IMG/VR virus record: IMGVR_UViG_3300021579_000001
Location: 2,404 to 66,403 of that record
Reading direction: 5' to 3' (one strand)
Origin: a virus
DNA: 64,000 bases
Shown here: positions 50,065 to 59,335 of the stretch, piece after piece
Layout: each line of letters begins with the position of its first letter
Position numbering within the stretch: the stretch's first letter is position 1
Notes under the pieces: model-generated
The model's input: only the letters and a program-made list of their open reading frames with translations
Databases searched by the model: none
Told to the model about the DNA's origin: nothing
Made by a program: the position numbers and the translations under genes

Positions 50065-52505
50065 TACAAACTCCTCATATTAGTTTTAAACTCATCTTCA
50101 TCTAAGTACTCTTTGATTATTTTTGCCAGCCGTCTAGCTTCAAGCTCCGAAGCTGAGGCTACAGACACATTGATGGTAACGTTATTCTTGTCTTTTCCTA
50201 CAGATAGCCCTGGACCACCTTGATAGCTGTTTGACGCACCAGTATATGAGCTATTTGAGGCTGAAGTTGCAGAGAGCTTATTTCCTCCAGCCATTCCTAT
50301 AACTCCAGTAGAATTTTGCCCAATCATTGCCCCCATGTAAGATTCTGGGATTTTAGTTCCTGAGTTTCCTGAACCAGCATCGAACCCCAGAGCCCCAGCA
50401 CTACCCGCGCTACCCCCAGAGCTTCCACCATCACTGTTAGACGCGGTGCTGTTGGCGTTTCCTGCGACAACTGCAATGTTGCCCTTCATACCCAAAGACG
50501 CAGGGTTTACTTTGTTACCGTTCTGTCTTGCTTCAAAGTGTAGGTGAGCACCAGTAACGTATCCTGTGTCTCCTGATAAACCAATTACTTCTCCCTGGAC
50601 GACACTCATTCCTTTGCTTACCATAGCTGAGCTCAAGTGAGCGTAAAGAGTAGAGATTCCACCTCCATGGTCAATAACAATGTAGTTTCCGTAAGAACGG
50701 GAGCCTGAACCTGAGCCAGACTCACTAATTGTTCCACTGGCAGCAGCTTGAACTTTAGTTCCTTTAGGAACACCATAGTCGATAGCTTTGTGTGCTTCTC
50801 CGCCCCACAAAGCTGTTCCATGGATGTCAGTAGTTTGCCCATATTTAGTAGTAATAGGCCCATTGACTGGAGCAACCAAAGTTACTTTAGTGTTGGTAGC
50901 GGATGAGCCCCCTAGTCCATTAAGGTTAGTGTCTCCACCAGAAAAGAACCCACCGATAGCGTCCCCTGCCATGCCGCCTAGCCAACTACCCAGCATACCT
51001 CCAGCTACGGTTCCAATACCTGGTAAAAGTGCACTTCCCACGGCACCAAGGGCAAGACCACCTGCAGTTGCACCTATTGCGCCACCCATGTCCTTAGTGA
51101 ACTGCTTACTTCCCCATCCCTGTCCGCTCAATGCATCCGCGCCTAGAGTAACCCCGCTGGCAGCTAATCCGATTAGAGGACCAGCACCTTTTAGAAACTT
51201 AGCTCCTCTGGCAAGTTTTGAAGCAGTTTTTGCGTTTACACCAAGTTTTCTTAAAAAGTTGTAATTTTGAGAGCCAACACTCTTTGGCGTTTCTAACAAC
51301 CCAAGCTTTGTGAGCAGTTTTTTACCACCAAGGTAAGTAGCGGCAGCCCCACCAGCAGCAAGCAACCCACTTAGACCACCCGCTGCTCCAGCAGTTGTTC
51401 CTGCGACTGCAGGGTCTTTAGAGGCTAAGTTGATACCTGCGTTAGCCTGTGCCATAGCATTACCTGCTGGAGTTTTTAGGAAGTTGTTCATAGCGGTCTC
51501 AAACTGCTTGATAACCCCAACGGCCTTGTTCATACCGTCTACGTATGCTTGGGTAGCTGTAATCATCGGCTGGGTTTGAGCAGTAAGCGCGTCCATCTGA
51601 GGCTGTTGAGTGTTGCCTCCGCTGTTTTTAGCTAGTTCAGCACCGTAGGTTTTACTGTTCCAGAATTTTCCTTGAGATGCGTCCAGCATGTACTGGCGCA
51701 GCATGCTTCTTTGCGTAGGGTCTTGCACAATGCTGTTGATGTTAGCGGTCATCATACCGCCAGGGCCTAAAGAGGTTTGCAGTTGCTTATAGCTCATTCG
51801 CCCACCACCAGTCAGGCGCTGGTTCAACATAGCTAGAAGTTGCACAGGACTTGCAGATTGTCCTTGAGGCCCAGTAGTCATAACCCCTGCTTGTTGCATA
51901 AGGTTCATTGAGGTACTACCAGAGTAGAACCCACCGATTGCTTGAGCAGCAACATCGTTCGAGATGTTCATATATTTAGCTGCGCCACCAATAGCGCGGG
52001 TAATGTTGTTGTACTGACCCGCACCGCCTGCTAGCCCACTTTTTCCAAAGTAGATTCCTTGAGCAGCTAAGCTTTGAGCAACAACCCCTGGAGCACCAAC
52101 AATGTTGGCACCACCGTTCAGCGTGCTGAATGTTCCCTGTAGAACTTTGTTAAAGTTTGTCCTGCCCGACATAACGGCAGCGTTGTAGCCACCCATAGCC
52201 ATGCCCATGGTTGCATCCACGTTAGGCATAGCCATCATGGCACCGCCAGCGACTCCTAACGCGGCCTTACCGACACCTCCAATAACAGAGGCGATTGCAG
52301 AAATTTTTCCGAATGAACCTCCAAGGATGTTTGAGCCAGCATTTCCTAGGCCCAGTTGCCCTTGACCACCAACGTTAGCTAGCCCACCACCAAGACCACC
52401 AAGTTTTTTAGAAACAGAGTCGATAACGGAGCCGAGGGCTTCCATCTCTTTTTTGACTTGCCCAACATCTGCTGCAAGACCTTTAGAGTCAAATCCATCA
52501 CTCAT
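50064..52505 (-). CDS. Tape measure protein with M23 peptidase domain
   Basis: A/G-rich helical body; H-x3-D, YG-x3-IDH, Y-x-HL, TG-x-HLHFE. Confidence 0.88.
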   Translation of the reverse strand: MSDGFDSKGLAADVGQVKKEMEALGSVIDSVSKKLGGLGGGLANVGGQGQLGLGNAGSNILGGSFGKISAIASVIGGVGKAALGVAGGAMMAMPNVDATMGMAMGGYNAAVMSGRTNFNKVLQGTFSTLNGGANIVGAPGVVAQSLAAQGIYFGKSGLAGGAGQYNNITRAIGGAAKYMNISNDVAAQAIGGFYSGSTSMNLMQQAGVMTTGPQGQSASPVQLLAMLNQRLTGGGRMSYKQLQTSLGPGGMMTANINSIVQDPTQRSMLRQYMLDASQGKFWNSKTYGAELAKNSGGNTQQPQMDALTAQTQPMITATQAYVDGMNKAVGVIKQFETAMNNFLKTPAGNAMAQANAGINLASKDPAVAGTTAGAAGGLSGLLAAGGAAATYLGGKKLLTKLGLLETPKSVGSQNYNFLRKLGVNAKTASKLARGAKFLKGAGPLIGLAASGVTLGADALSGQGWGSKQFTKDMGGAIGATAGGLALGAVGSALLPGIGTVAGGMLGSWLGGMAGDAIGGFFSGGDTNLNGLGGSSATNTKVTLVAPVNGPITTKYGQTTDIHGTALWGGEAHKAIDYGVPKGTKVQAAASGTISESGSGSGSRSYGNYIVIDHGGGISTLYAHLSSAMVSKGMSVVQGEVIGLSGDTGYVTGAHLHFEARQNGNKVNPASLGMKGNIAVVAGNANSTASNSDGGSSGGSAGSAGALGFDAGSGNSGTKIPESYMGAMIGQNSTGVIGMAGGNKLSATSASNSSYTGASNSYQGGPGLSVGKDKNNVTINVSVASASELEARRLAKIIKEYLDEDEFKTNMRSL

Positions 52506-52683
52506 TGGCGTTCTTTCTTAAAGTAGTCTGGTATTCTCTTGAAAGTTCAAACCAGTTGTTGCGTTCTTTGAAGCTTAGTTTTTTGATTTCTTTCAAAGAC
52601 CACCCAGGGGAAATCTTAGATAAAATCATCCAGGAAGAAATAAGCTCTTCATAATCGATACTAGAATCGAAACAAAGCGCCAA
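52498..52683 (-). CDS. Tail assembly chaperone extension (gpE'/gp51-like)
   Basis: GWSL-x-EI-x-x-L-x-x-x-ER-x-x-W; in +1 frame overlapping upstream chaperone. Confidence 0.7.
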   Translation of the reverse strand: MALCFDSSIDYEELISSWMILSKISPGWSLKEIKKLSFKERNNWFELSREYQTTLRKNANE

Positions 52684-53470
52684 TGCTGACTGGTACTACA
52701 AGCTCACCACCACAGTCGGGGCATTCCATAGTAATGTCCTTGAACTTTGGTCCAGGCGAGCGGTTACTGATTTCTTCAACGAGTTTGTCACGGTCTGCCA
52801 TACCAAGGTTCTGAACCTGAGCACGAGATACCACTCGCTGACCATCAATTGTTAGTACGGTCTGTTCCAACAAAATGCTGACCTTCTCTGAGATAGTCCC
52901 AGTGCTTTCAACAATTTTTGCTTCGGTAACTCCTGTAGGGAGAGTGACCAAGAACGTTTTACTACGACCAACTACCTCAAAGGTCCTATCTTCGACAGGG
53001 TCAATTAGAGGTTTAGTCTCAATGTCTTTCAACAAATCTAGTTCGACCTCTTCTGTGTTTCCGCAGTTACAGAAGCCCAGAAGTTTAGCTGTATCCCCGT
53101 ATGTTGCGCGGTAGATGCCCAGCATCAGTGCATCTCGGTCACCTAGGAGAAGGTTGCCTAGAGCTTCGGAAGTTGCAGATGTTTCTCCCAAAGAAACTAC
53201 TCCACGCTGTAGAACAGCTGAGTAGATTTTGTTTTGGTTGGTAGTTTTTGCGATAAACTCTTCATCTTTTCCAGTTAGTTCTCGAACTTCAGCTGTTTGA
53301 GTGAGCTCCCCAGAGAACGTTACAAGTCCTCCAGGGAGTTCAACTTCAATGTTTGTAGGTACGGTGAGTTTGGCTGGCTCGATAACTATCTCTGGCTCTT
53401 TCAGAGCTTTGTCGATTAGCTGTTTAGCCAATTCTGGGTTTTGTGCTGCATTAATTACTTGTTCAGTCAT
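52661..53470 (-). CDS. Tail/baseplate assembly chaperone (gp26-like)
   Basis: RELTG-x-DEE, GDRD-x-L...R-x-x-TYG, CxC and CPDC; between tube and tape measure genes. Confidence 0.8.
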   Translation of the reverse strand: MTEQVINAAQNPELAKQLIDKALKEPEIVIEPAKLTVPTNIEVELPGGLVTFSGELTQTAEVRELTGKDEEFIAKTTNQNKIYSAVLQRGVVSLGETSATSEALGNLLLGDRDALMLGIYRATYGDTAKLLGFCNCGNTEEVELDLLKDIETKPLIDPVEDRTFEVVGRSKTFLVTLPTGVTEAKIVESTGTISEKVSILLEQTVLTIDGQRVVSRAQVQNLGMADRDKLVEEISNRSPGPKFKDITMECPDCGGELVVPVSIGALFRF

Positions 53471-53496
53471 ATTGTGCTCCTTATGTTAGAAATTGT

Positions 53497-54108
53497 TTAG
53501 ATGATGCTGTCTGCCGCGGTGGCTAGGTCTTTAGCTACAGTCATTTCAAAACCTTCGTGTACAAGGCTAATCTGTTCTACGAGAATAGCGTTGTCACCTG
53601 CGTTTAGGTCTGAGTAAGCAATCGAGCTAATCCATGCGTTATAGACACGGAAGCGCTGTACTACAAAGTCGTCCTGTGTAGTTGCGGTACTAGAAACCGA
53701 TAGCGCGTTACCAGCAACTGGATGAGCTAATACTTGAATTTCCAAGTCACAGCGAAAGTTAGTAGCAGTTGTGCTCGCAGCGCTTCCCTGTACTGTTTGA
53801 AACAACATTTTCATCCAGTTCCAGTTTTGGCTAGTGCCTAGCATCATTCCTCTCGAAAGAGTAATAGGTGCAAATGAAGTCTGACCAGGAATCTGGTGGA
53901 CAGTGGTGTTATAGCTACCTTCACGATAAGGAATTGAGTCGGTAGTGGTGGCAAGACCAGAAACCGAAGTAAACCCAAAAGGAATAGTTGCCAAGGCGTT
54001 TACTGCAGTTGAGCCTGTGGCATCTAATGGCTTGAAGTTAACCAGATAACGGAAGTTTCTTATCGGGTCGGTAGCTAGCGTTGAACGGTTATTGATAATA
54101 GTTGGCAT
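53497..54108 (-). CDS. Tail tube protein (T4 gp19-like)
   Basis: DP-x-RNFR, GF-x-x-VSGL, YREG, ITL-x-RG, AW-x-S-x3-SDL-x-A. Confidence 0.92.
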   Translation of the reverse strand: MPTIINNRSTLATDPIRNFRYLVNFKPLDATGSTAVNALATIPFGFTSVSGLATTTDSIPYREGSYNTTVHQIPGQTSFAPITLSRGMMLGTSQNWNWMKMLFQTVQGSAASTTATNFRCDLEIQVLAHPVAGNALSVSSTATTQDDFVVQRFRVYNAWISSIAYSDLNAGDNAILVEQISLVHEGFEMTVAKDLATAADSII

Positions 54109-54127
54109 TTAGTTTTATCTCCTATGC

Positions 54128-55750
54128 TTACTGTCCAGAAATCTGGTTTAGGGTAATGACTACAAACTCAGATGGGTACTGTAGGGCCACTCCAACTTCA
54201 ATGTTTACCACACCAGTGGCAACCGAAGCAGGAGGGTTGTTTTGGGCGTCTACTTTAACGTAGAACGACTGCTTAGGGGTAGCTCCAGCTAGACCACCTT
54301 GGTTACGGTATTCGTTCAGGAATACTGTAAGAACAGTTTCAACCTGCGACCACAACTTGTAGTCGTTGTTCTGGAACACTGCAAATGAAGTCAAGTCACG
54401 CATACGCTTCTTGATGTGGATTAGAGAACGACGCATGTTCACGTAGCGGTTTGCAGTTCCATCCTGCTTCAAAGTACGAGCACCCATAACTACGATTCCA
54501 GCACCTGGCAGGTTTCGGATAGCGTTGATTGAGGTACCAATAGTTGCTCCTGAGATACCGTTGTTTAGAACGTCAAGGTCACCAGTAGTGAAAGCACGCT
54601 CAAGAGCAACCGCTCCAGCAAGAGTGGTGGTAGAACCAGCAGGAGCCTTGAAGACACCTTTAGCAGTGTCGGTGTAGATGTACCGACCCGCAACTGCAGC
54701 AGCAGGACCAACCTTGCGCAAAACTCCACGGGTAGAGTTTAGAGGGTCACTGATGTAGTAGTTCGGGTAGTACACTGCAGCCTGGCTAGTAACAATGCCT
54801 GACGTGAAGTTACCGCTTGCAGAAGTAGGGTACTGGATAGCCTGAAGTGGGGTGTAGTTAGGAGGAGTATCCAAAACTGCAAATCCGTCTCCTGAAGCAG
54901 CCCAAGCAGCCAGCTGGTTCTGCACAGTGGTCAAATCGCTAACGGCGTTAGCTGCAAGGTATGACCCGTTGCCTGCGTTAGCTGCTACAAAGTAAGCGTA
55001 AAGCTCAGGTGCAAAAATAACTAGAGGTCGGTTTAGAGTGTCGAATTCTGAGGTGCCGTCTGTGAGTACTGCGTTTGCAAAGTTAGTTGCAGTAACTGCG
55101 CTACCGTCTGCACCACTACTCAAAGGCAACACGTGAGTGGCATCCTGAACTGCAGGTGTACCTGTAGTTAGTGAAATCGCTCCTGTTGAAGGGTTAATGA
55201 AAGTGATGTAGTTTGATAGGCTGTTGATGACTGAGACCACGTAGTTAGGGTCAGTGGCCGAGTTGAACACTAGGTTGTCCCAAGATTCAACTAGAAGGTC
55301 ATTGGTAGAGTCTGATGCAGTGACAGTCGTTGAAACTTCCTGGTAAACACTTAGATTGTAAGTACCTCCAGCAAGCGAGTAAATACGTACTCGTAAGTTG
55401 TTGCCTGCTGAACCAACGTTTTTAGCGTACACGGTGCCTAGGCTACCGCTGGCATTGTTAGGGATGGTGGCGCTAGCGTTTGCTGCACCAGAGCCAACTA
55501 CACGCTTGATGTAGAGTTCGCCACCGCTGTTAGCAAAGAACTGGCTAACGCCAAAAGTTGCAGGGTAGCTTGCGTTGTAAGTTCCAAACAGTTTAACAAA
55601 GTCGTACCATGATGCGACTCTAGTTACAGTAGTTGGTCCTTGTGCGAAAGCGCCAATTACTGCGCCAGCTGCTGCTGCAGAACCTGTCGTAGTGATTGGT
55701 GCTGGAAGGAGAGCCTCATTAACGTAGACTCCAGGACGACCATAGGTCAT
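54128..55750 (-). CDS. Contractile tail sheath protein
   Basis: RPGVY, GP-x-x-x-x-V-x-SW-x-DF-x-x-x-FG, APAG, IN-x-IR...GART, YVN-x-RR, FQ-x-ND, P-x-EFV. Confidence 0.95.
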   Translation of the reverse strand: MTYGRPGVYVNEALLPAPITTTGSAAAAGAVIGAFAQGPTTVTRVASWYDFVKLFGTYNASYPATFGVSQFFANSGGELYIKRVVGSGAANASATIPNNASGSLGTVYAKNVGSAGNNLRVRIYSLAGGTYNLSVYQEVSTTVTASDSTNDLLVESWDNLVFNSATDPNYVVSVINSLSNYITFINPSTGAISLTTGTPAVQDATHVLPLSSGADGSAVTATNFANAVLTDGTSEFDTLNRPLVIFAPELYAYFVAANAGNGSYLAANAVSDLTTVQNQLAAWAASGDGFAVLDTPPNYTPLQAIQYPTSASGNFTSGIVTSQAAVYYPNYYISDPLNSTRGVLRKVGPAAAVAGRYIYTDTAKGVFKAPAGSTTTLAGAVALERAFTTGDLDVLNNGISGATIGTSINAIRNLPGAGIVVMGARTLKQDGTANRYVNMRRSLIHIKKRMRDLTSFAVFQNNDYKLWSQVETVLTVFLNEYRNQGGLAGATPKQSFYVKVDAQNNPPASVATGVVNIEVGVALQYPSEFVVITLNQISGQ

Positions 55751-55768
55751 TTTATCTCCTTAGATGGT

Positions 55769-56386
55769 TTATTGGACGTAGACCGTGTTTTGTGCTGGGT
55801 TGTATTCCGTAGTTAGAGTTTGAGATACAGAGAGTACCTTGTAGAGTTCAGTTAGTGAGGTTTGTACTATTTCGCTAGCAACACGTACTGTTAGCACGTT
55901 GGTAAATAGTCGCTTAGCTTGTTCTGAGCCGTTGTCTCTCTTGGAAATGCCCAATAGTTCTAGACGGCGCAAAGTGCCGTCGTCCAAACTCAACTGGCCA
56001 AATCTAAAAGGCAATCTTTCAGAAAGAATGGTTGATAGTAACTGACGGTCGTGCCTAGGGTGTCGGCAGTAGGTCGTTATCTGGTAATCAATGTTTACAG
56101 GGATAGGCAAATCAATTTCCCAGCCTTTGTTGGGCGCTAGGTTAGTTGGTGCCAAATACTCTGGTGAAACTTTGCCGCGCATTTCTCGCTCAGAATCACG
56201 CACAATATCAATCATGTCAATCGTGATGTAGGGGTAGCGTTGTTCACGGAGTTCTTGGTCAGGCTGTCCAAACCACACACCGACCTGACGAGCAGCAGCA
56301 ACGGTGCCGTCAGCTTTTTGGTCAGTAACCGTCATACCGTCTAGCCATGACCTAAGCGCGTTGTCTTCAGAGAGTAAGAAAGTCAT
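55769..56386 (-). CDS. Tail terminator/sheath stabiliser
   Basis: YPYITI, PV-x-IDYQI; upstream of sheath. Confidence 0.75.
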   Translation of the reverse strand: MTFLLSEDNALRSWLDGMTVTDQKADGTVAAARQVGVWFGQPDQELREQRYPYITIDMIDIVRDSEREMRGKVSPEYLAPTNLAPNKGWEIDLPIPVNIDYQITTYCRHPRHDRQLLSTILSERLPFRFGQLSLDDGTLRRLELLGISKRDNGSEQAKRLFTNVLTVRVASEIVQTSLTELYKVLSVSQTLTTEYNPAQNTVYVQ

Positions 56387-56697
56387 TTTGTACCTCTGTA
56401 ATGTTGGTCTAGATTTCCAGCAATAGCTGCCTGAATCTCTGCTTTTCTGTTACTAAACTTTCTAATAACTGCAGTAGGGCGCTGAGTCTCACTCCCGTAC
56501 TCATGGACAAATGCACGGTCCTGGTAGTCAGGGTGGACATGGACGTTAAAACTGTTATTAGAGTGCTCAACGGTAAGGTGTGCTACGACGTCTTTATCCC
56601 AGCCATGCGCAAGGGCTGATTGACGGAGCTTATCAGTTAGATTGCCCGCAGCATCATCAGAGAATTTTTTAAGTGCCTGTTTTACTCTTGAAATCAT
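56383..56697 (-). CDS. Neck/tail completion protein (HK97 gp10-like)
   Basis: EYG-x-x-x-x-x-P motif, context. Confidence 0.6.
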   Translation of the reverse strand: MISRVKQALKKFSDDAAGNLTDKLRQSALAHGWDKDVVAHLTVEHSNNSFNVHVHPDYQDRAFVHEYGSETQRPTAVIRKFSNRKAEIQAAIAGNLDQHYRGTK

Positions 56698-56876
56698 TTA
56701 TCTTTAGGCTTACGTTGAGCGGCTCTACCACCAACGTAACCAGCAATGATTGCATACAGAATTCCAGTTCCATTACGAGCTGGAGCTCCACCAAGTCCTC
56801 TGAGAAATTCTTCTTTCTCAGCAGGAGTTGAGAGTTCAGTCATCTTTTCCCACCAAGGTTTTGGGTAAGATGTCAT
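56694..56876 (-). CDS. Hypothetical protein with one hydrophobic helix
   Basis: AAGGA RBS. Confidence 0.65.
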   Translation of the reverse strand: MTSYPKPWWEKMTELSTPAEKEEFLRGLGGAPARNGTGILYAIIAGYVGGRAAQRKPKDK

Positions 56877-56906
56877 GGCAAAAATCCTTTTCAGGTGCAG
56901 GCTACG

Positions 56907-56944
56907 TTAGTAGGTAGCTATTCGCACGAATAGCTACCTACTAA
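56907..56944. promoter_or_regulatory. 17-bp perfect inverted repeat upstream of tail operon
   Basis: TTAGTAGGTAGCTATTC-GCAC-GAATAGCTACCTACTAA. Confidence 0.65.
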
Positions 56945-56994
56945 GGATAAAAGAAAAGCCCACCAATGGTGAGCTAAACTTTGTTTGTGTTGGG

Positions 56995-57144
56995 CTATTT
57001 CTTTTTAGGAGCAGGTTTCTTAGCTGCAGGCTTCTTGCCCTTGCCTTTGTCGTCTGAGTCCTTGCCATTTTTGCCCTTGTCATCGGCATCCTTGCCCTTG
57101 CCCTTAAGGAGCCATGGTGGAAGTTGCTTTTTTGCTGCGGCCAT
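56995..57144 (-). CDS. 49-aa Lys-rich micropeptide (not in ORF track)
   Basis: MAAAKKQLPPWLLKGKGKDADDKGKNGKDSDDKGKGKKPAAKKPAPKKK; TAATG overlap. Confidence 0.65.
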   Translation of the reverse strand: MAAAKKQLPPWLLKGKGKDADDKGKNGKDSDDKGKGKKPAAKKPAPKKK

Positions 57145-57368
57145 TATTTGCTCTTTCTCTTAGATTTGATGCCTCGGATAATCTTGGCATCAATTTTCTT
57201 GTCTTCCTCCATAGTACTAGGCTTTTTCTTTTTGCCATGAGCTTTGTCCTTTTTCTCGAACTCAGCTTTTTCTTTTGGAGTCAACCCTTTGGTCATACGA
57301 GCGTCTTTAGTTTTGTCCTGTTTTTCAGTGTACTTACCGTGCTCGTCATCGTGGCGTTTTCTAGCCAT
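57144..57368 (-). CDS. Lys/Asp-rich small protein
   Basis: 74 aa, highly charged. Confidence 0.7.
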   Translation of the reverse strand: MARKRHDDEHGKYTEKQDKTKDARMTKGLTPKEKAEFEKKDKAHGKKKKPSTMEEDKKIDAKIIRGIKSKRKSK

Positions 57369-57372
57369 GATG

Positions 57373-57684
57373 CTACTTCAAAATTCCAAGAACTGCAAGA
57401 CTGCTAGTTCCACTTGAGATAGCGTACAGCGGAGTACTAGGGAGAAGGCCATTAAGCTGGAGGGTTGCCCCCGCTACCAACTTGTACCCGTAAGAGGCTG
57501 AAGTGACGTTAGAGCCACCGATGTACACAGTCGCAGATGAGTCCACATTCTGAATTACAAGGTCAATAGTGTTCCAGTTGTAGTTATTGTTCTTAGTAAA
57601 CTGATTCACGATAGTGGTAATCGTGGTAAGTAGAACGGGAGTCGAGCTATTTAGGTTGCTCAAACCATGGCTAGTAGATGGCAT
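57373..57684 (-). CDS. Small beta-sandwich virion-type protein
   Basis: IQN...VYIGG-x-x-VT...GY-x-L-x-AG...LYAI. Confidence 0.7.
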   Translation of the reverse strand: MPSTSHGLSNLNSSTPVLLTTITTIVNQFTKNNNYNWNTIDLVIQNVDSSATVYIGGSNVTSASYGYKLVAGATLQLNGLLPSTPLYAISSGTSSLAVLGILK

Positions 57685-57687
57685 TTT

Positions 57688-57924
57688 CTATTTCCCTTTC
57701 TGAGGGGTTGTTTTGGGCTTTTGAGTTTCTAATCGAGCGTGTGCAATCTTTGCGTTCAGGTCGACTTGGTCATGAAGGAGCTGTTTTAGCTGAGTAGTTT
57801 TAGTGGTTTTTGCTGCCAATTTTTCTAGTCCTTTTCCTTGAGGCAGTAGGGCCAAATGGTTATCCCTATGGATAGCCTCAACCTGGCCTTTCCAACGGCT
57901 ATTGCTGAGGTTTGGTCTACGCAT
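57688..57924 (-). CDS. Basic small protein
   Basis: 78 aa K/R-rich. Confidence 0.65.
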   Translation of the reverse strand: MRRPNLSNSRWKGQVEAIHRDNHLALLPQGKGLEKLAAKTTKTTQLKQLLHDQVDLNAKIAHARLETQKPKTTPQKGK

Positions 57925-57925
57925 T

Positions 57926-58066
57926 TTACGCCTTTTTTACTTTCGGGCTTCTAGGGGCAACTTTACGCACAGTCTTAGTGGCATGCTTGCCCTTTCCAAT
58001 AGACTTACTCTTACCCTCACCATTAGCATCTGAGTGCTCTGGCTTCTTGCTAAACTTGATTGTCAT
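57926..58066 (-). CDS. 46-aa Lys-rich micropeptide (not in ORF track)
   Basis: MTIKFSKKPEHSDANGEGKSKSIGKGKHATKTVRKVAPRSPKVKKA; ATGA overlap. Confidence 0.6.
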   Translation of the reverse strand: MTIKFSKKPEHSDANGEGKSKSIGKGKHATKTVRKVAPRSPKVKKA

Positions 58067-58359
58067 TTTTTTCCTGCTCTGTGCTTATTTTCTTTACCCA
58101 CGTTTTTACCGTGCTTCATAGGACGAAGGTTACTCTTAGAGTCATTCTTTTTGTTGTTATCTTTGTGGTCAACATCCACATCTTTTGGAAGTCTGCGACC
58201 AGTCTTAGTTTCGTAATCTTCACGAGCTTTATTCTTAGACTCAGTCTTCCACCCGTTTGCAGTTTTTACTTTCCAAACATAAATCTCACGGCCACCATTT
58301 TGCTCAGAGCCTTTATACGGACCGAACTTCTTTCTGGTTCCAACTCTAACTTCAGCCAT
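58063..58359 (-). CDS. Small HNH endonuclease-like protein
   Basis: DVDH-x-D-x-NK-x-N-x3-NL. Confidence 0.75.
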   Translation of the reverse strand: MAEVRVGTRKKFGPYKGSEQNGGREIYVWKVKTANGWKTESKNKAREDYETKTGRRLPKDVDVDHKDNNKKNDSKSNLRPMKHGKNVGKENKHRAGKK

Positions 58360-58360
58360 G

Positions 58361-58651
58361 TTACCACTTCACCTTATTTGCCCAATAAGCGGCAGACATC
58401 TTACCCTTGGCAATGTTTTTAGCGTGACGAGCCTTAAACGACTCACGACGCTTGCGGTAAGCCTCAGATTCGCCCTCCTTCTTAGGAGAGCCCTTCACAC
58501 CGTGCTGACCAAAGTGAATAGTTTTAATTTGGTCGCCTTCTTTAGCCACCACCACGTGCGAGTGGCGTGGGTCGTTAGGAGTCGCTTTAGGCTTGTTGTA
58601 CCCTGACACCCCAGCTCTAACTAGTCTTGGGTCTTTCTTACTTTCTGCCAT
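58361..58651 (-). CDS. Conserved small basic phage protein
   Basis: HFG...RR-x-SFKARH...SAAYWA-x-KVKW. Confidence 0.75.
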   Translation of the reverse strand: MAESKKDPRLVRAGVSGYNKPKATPNDPRHSHVVVAKEGDQIKTIHFGQHGVKGSPKKEGESEAYRKRRESFKARHAKNIAKGKMSAAYWANKVKW

Positions 58652-58769
58652 TTTTCTTTGCCTTTTTCTTCAACTTCTTGCCTTTAGGCGTGTCTTTTTC
58701 CCACTTCTTAGCCATCTCAGGGTCATTGGCGTACATCCATGCTCGCTGAGCGGCACTTTTAAACGGCAT
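58638..58769 (-). CDS. 43-aa basic micropeptide (not in ORF track)
   Basis: MPFKSAAQRAWMYANDPEMAKKWEKDTPKGKKLKKKAKKNGRK. Confidence 0.65.
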   Translation of the reverse strand: MPFKSAAQRAWMYANDPEMAKKWEKDTPKGKKLKKKAKKNGRK

Positions 58770-59334
58770 TTCTAGGGTCCGTTGTTGGGGCAGGGGCGTA
58801 TCTTTGGAACTGTGGGTCGTTTACAAGCTCTTCAGGGTTTACCTGGTTGCAGTCCACGGTAACAACTGTCCAACGGTAACCGAATGAACCTCTAGGAAGA
58901 ACTCTAGTAGGAATAAACACCTCACCACGATAGAGGATTCTGTCCTTAATGTGGTTATTTGCATCGCTTACTAGTGATGGCAAAAGGCGGTTAACATCTC
59001 CCACGTTTATCACTAGGCGCAGAGTATCAGTGACATAAAAACCGCGCTCGTTCATTACGTTAGTTGAACGAATAAACTGGGCCATTACTACAGGCATTTT
59101 GAAAGGTAACATCCATCGCCTACCTTGACCCACTACAGACGAAGAAACATCATAGATAGGGTCTACGATAGTGGAATAGTTTGCATCTAGGTATTCTTTT
59201 TGCCAACGAAACCAGTCAACGTCTACCCCGACGGTACCACCAAGTTCTTCAGCGATACCTTCATAGATAGACTTTGACTCGTAATCCATCCCAAATCGGG
59301 AGTTACGGTCGCTTCCCTCTTTACCGCCACGCAT
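58759..59334 (-). CDS. Head closure/neck protein
   Basis: Beta-rich; DRI-x-Y-x-G-x-VF; next to tail terminator block. Confidence 0.6.
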   Translation of the reverse strand: MRGGKEGSDRNSRFGMDYESKSIYEGIAEELGGTVGVDVDWFRWQKEYLDANYSTIVDPIYDVSSSVVGQGRRWMLPFKMPVVMAQFIRSTNVMNERGFYVTDTLRLVINVGDVNRLLPSLVSDANNHIKDRILYRGEVFIPTRVLPRGSFGYRWTVVTVDCNQVNPEELVNDPQFQRYAPAPTTDPRNAV

Positions 59335-59335
59335 T

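Noticed and set aside
58063-58359. HNH as a mobile homing endonuclease or intron
   Set aside because: Small, tightly coupled to neighbours, not interrupting any gene, and no intron structure seen
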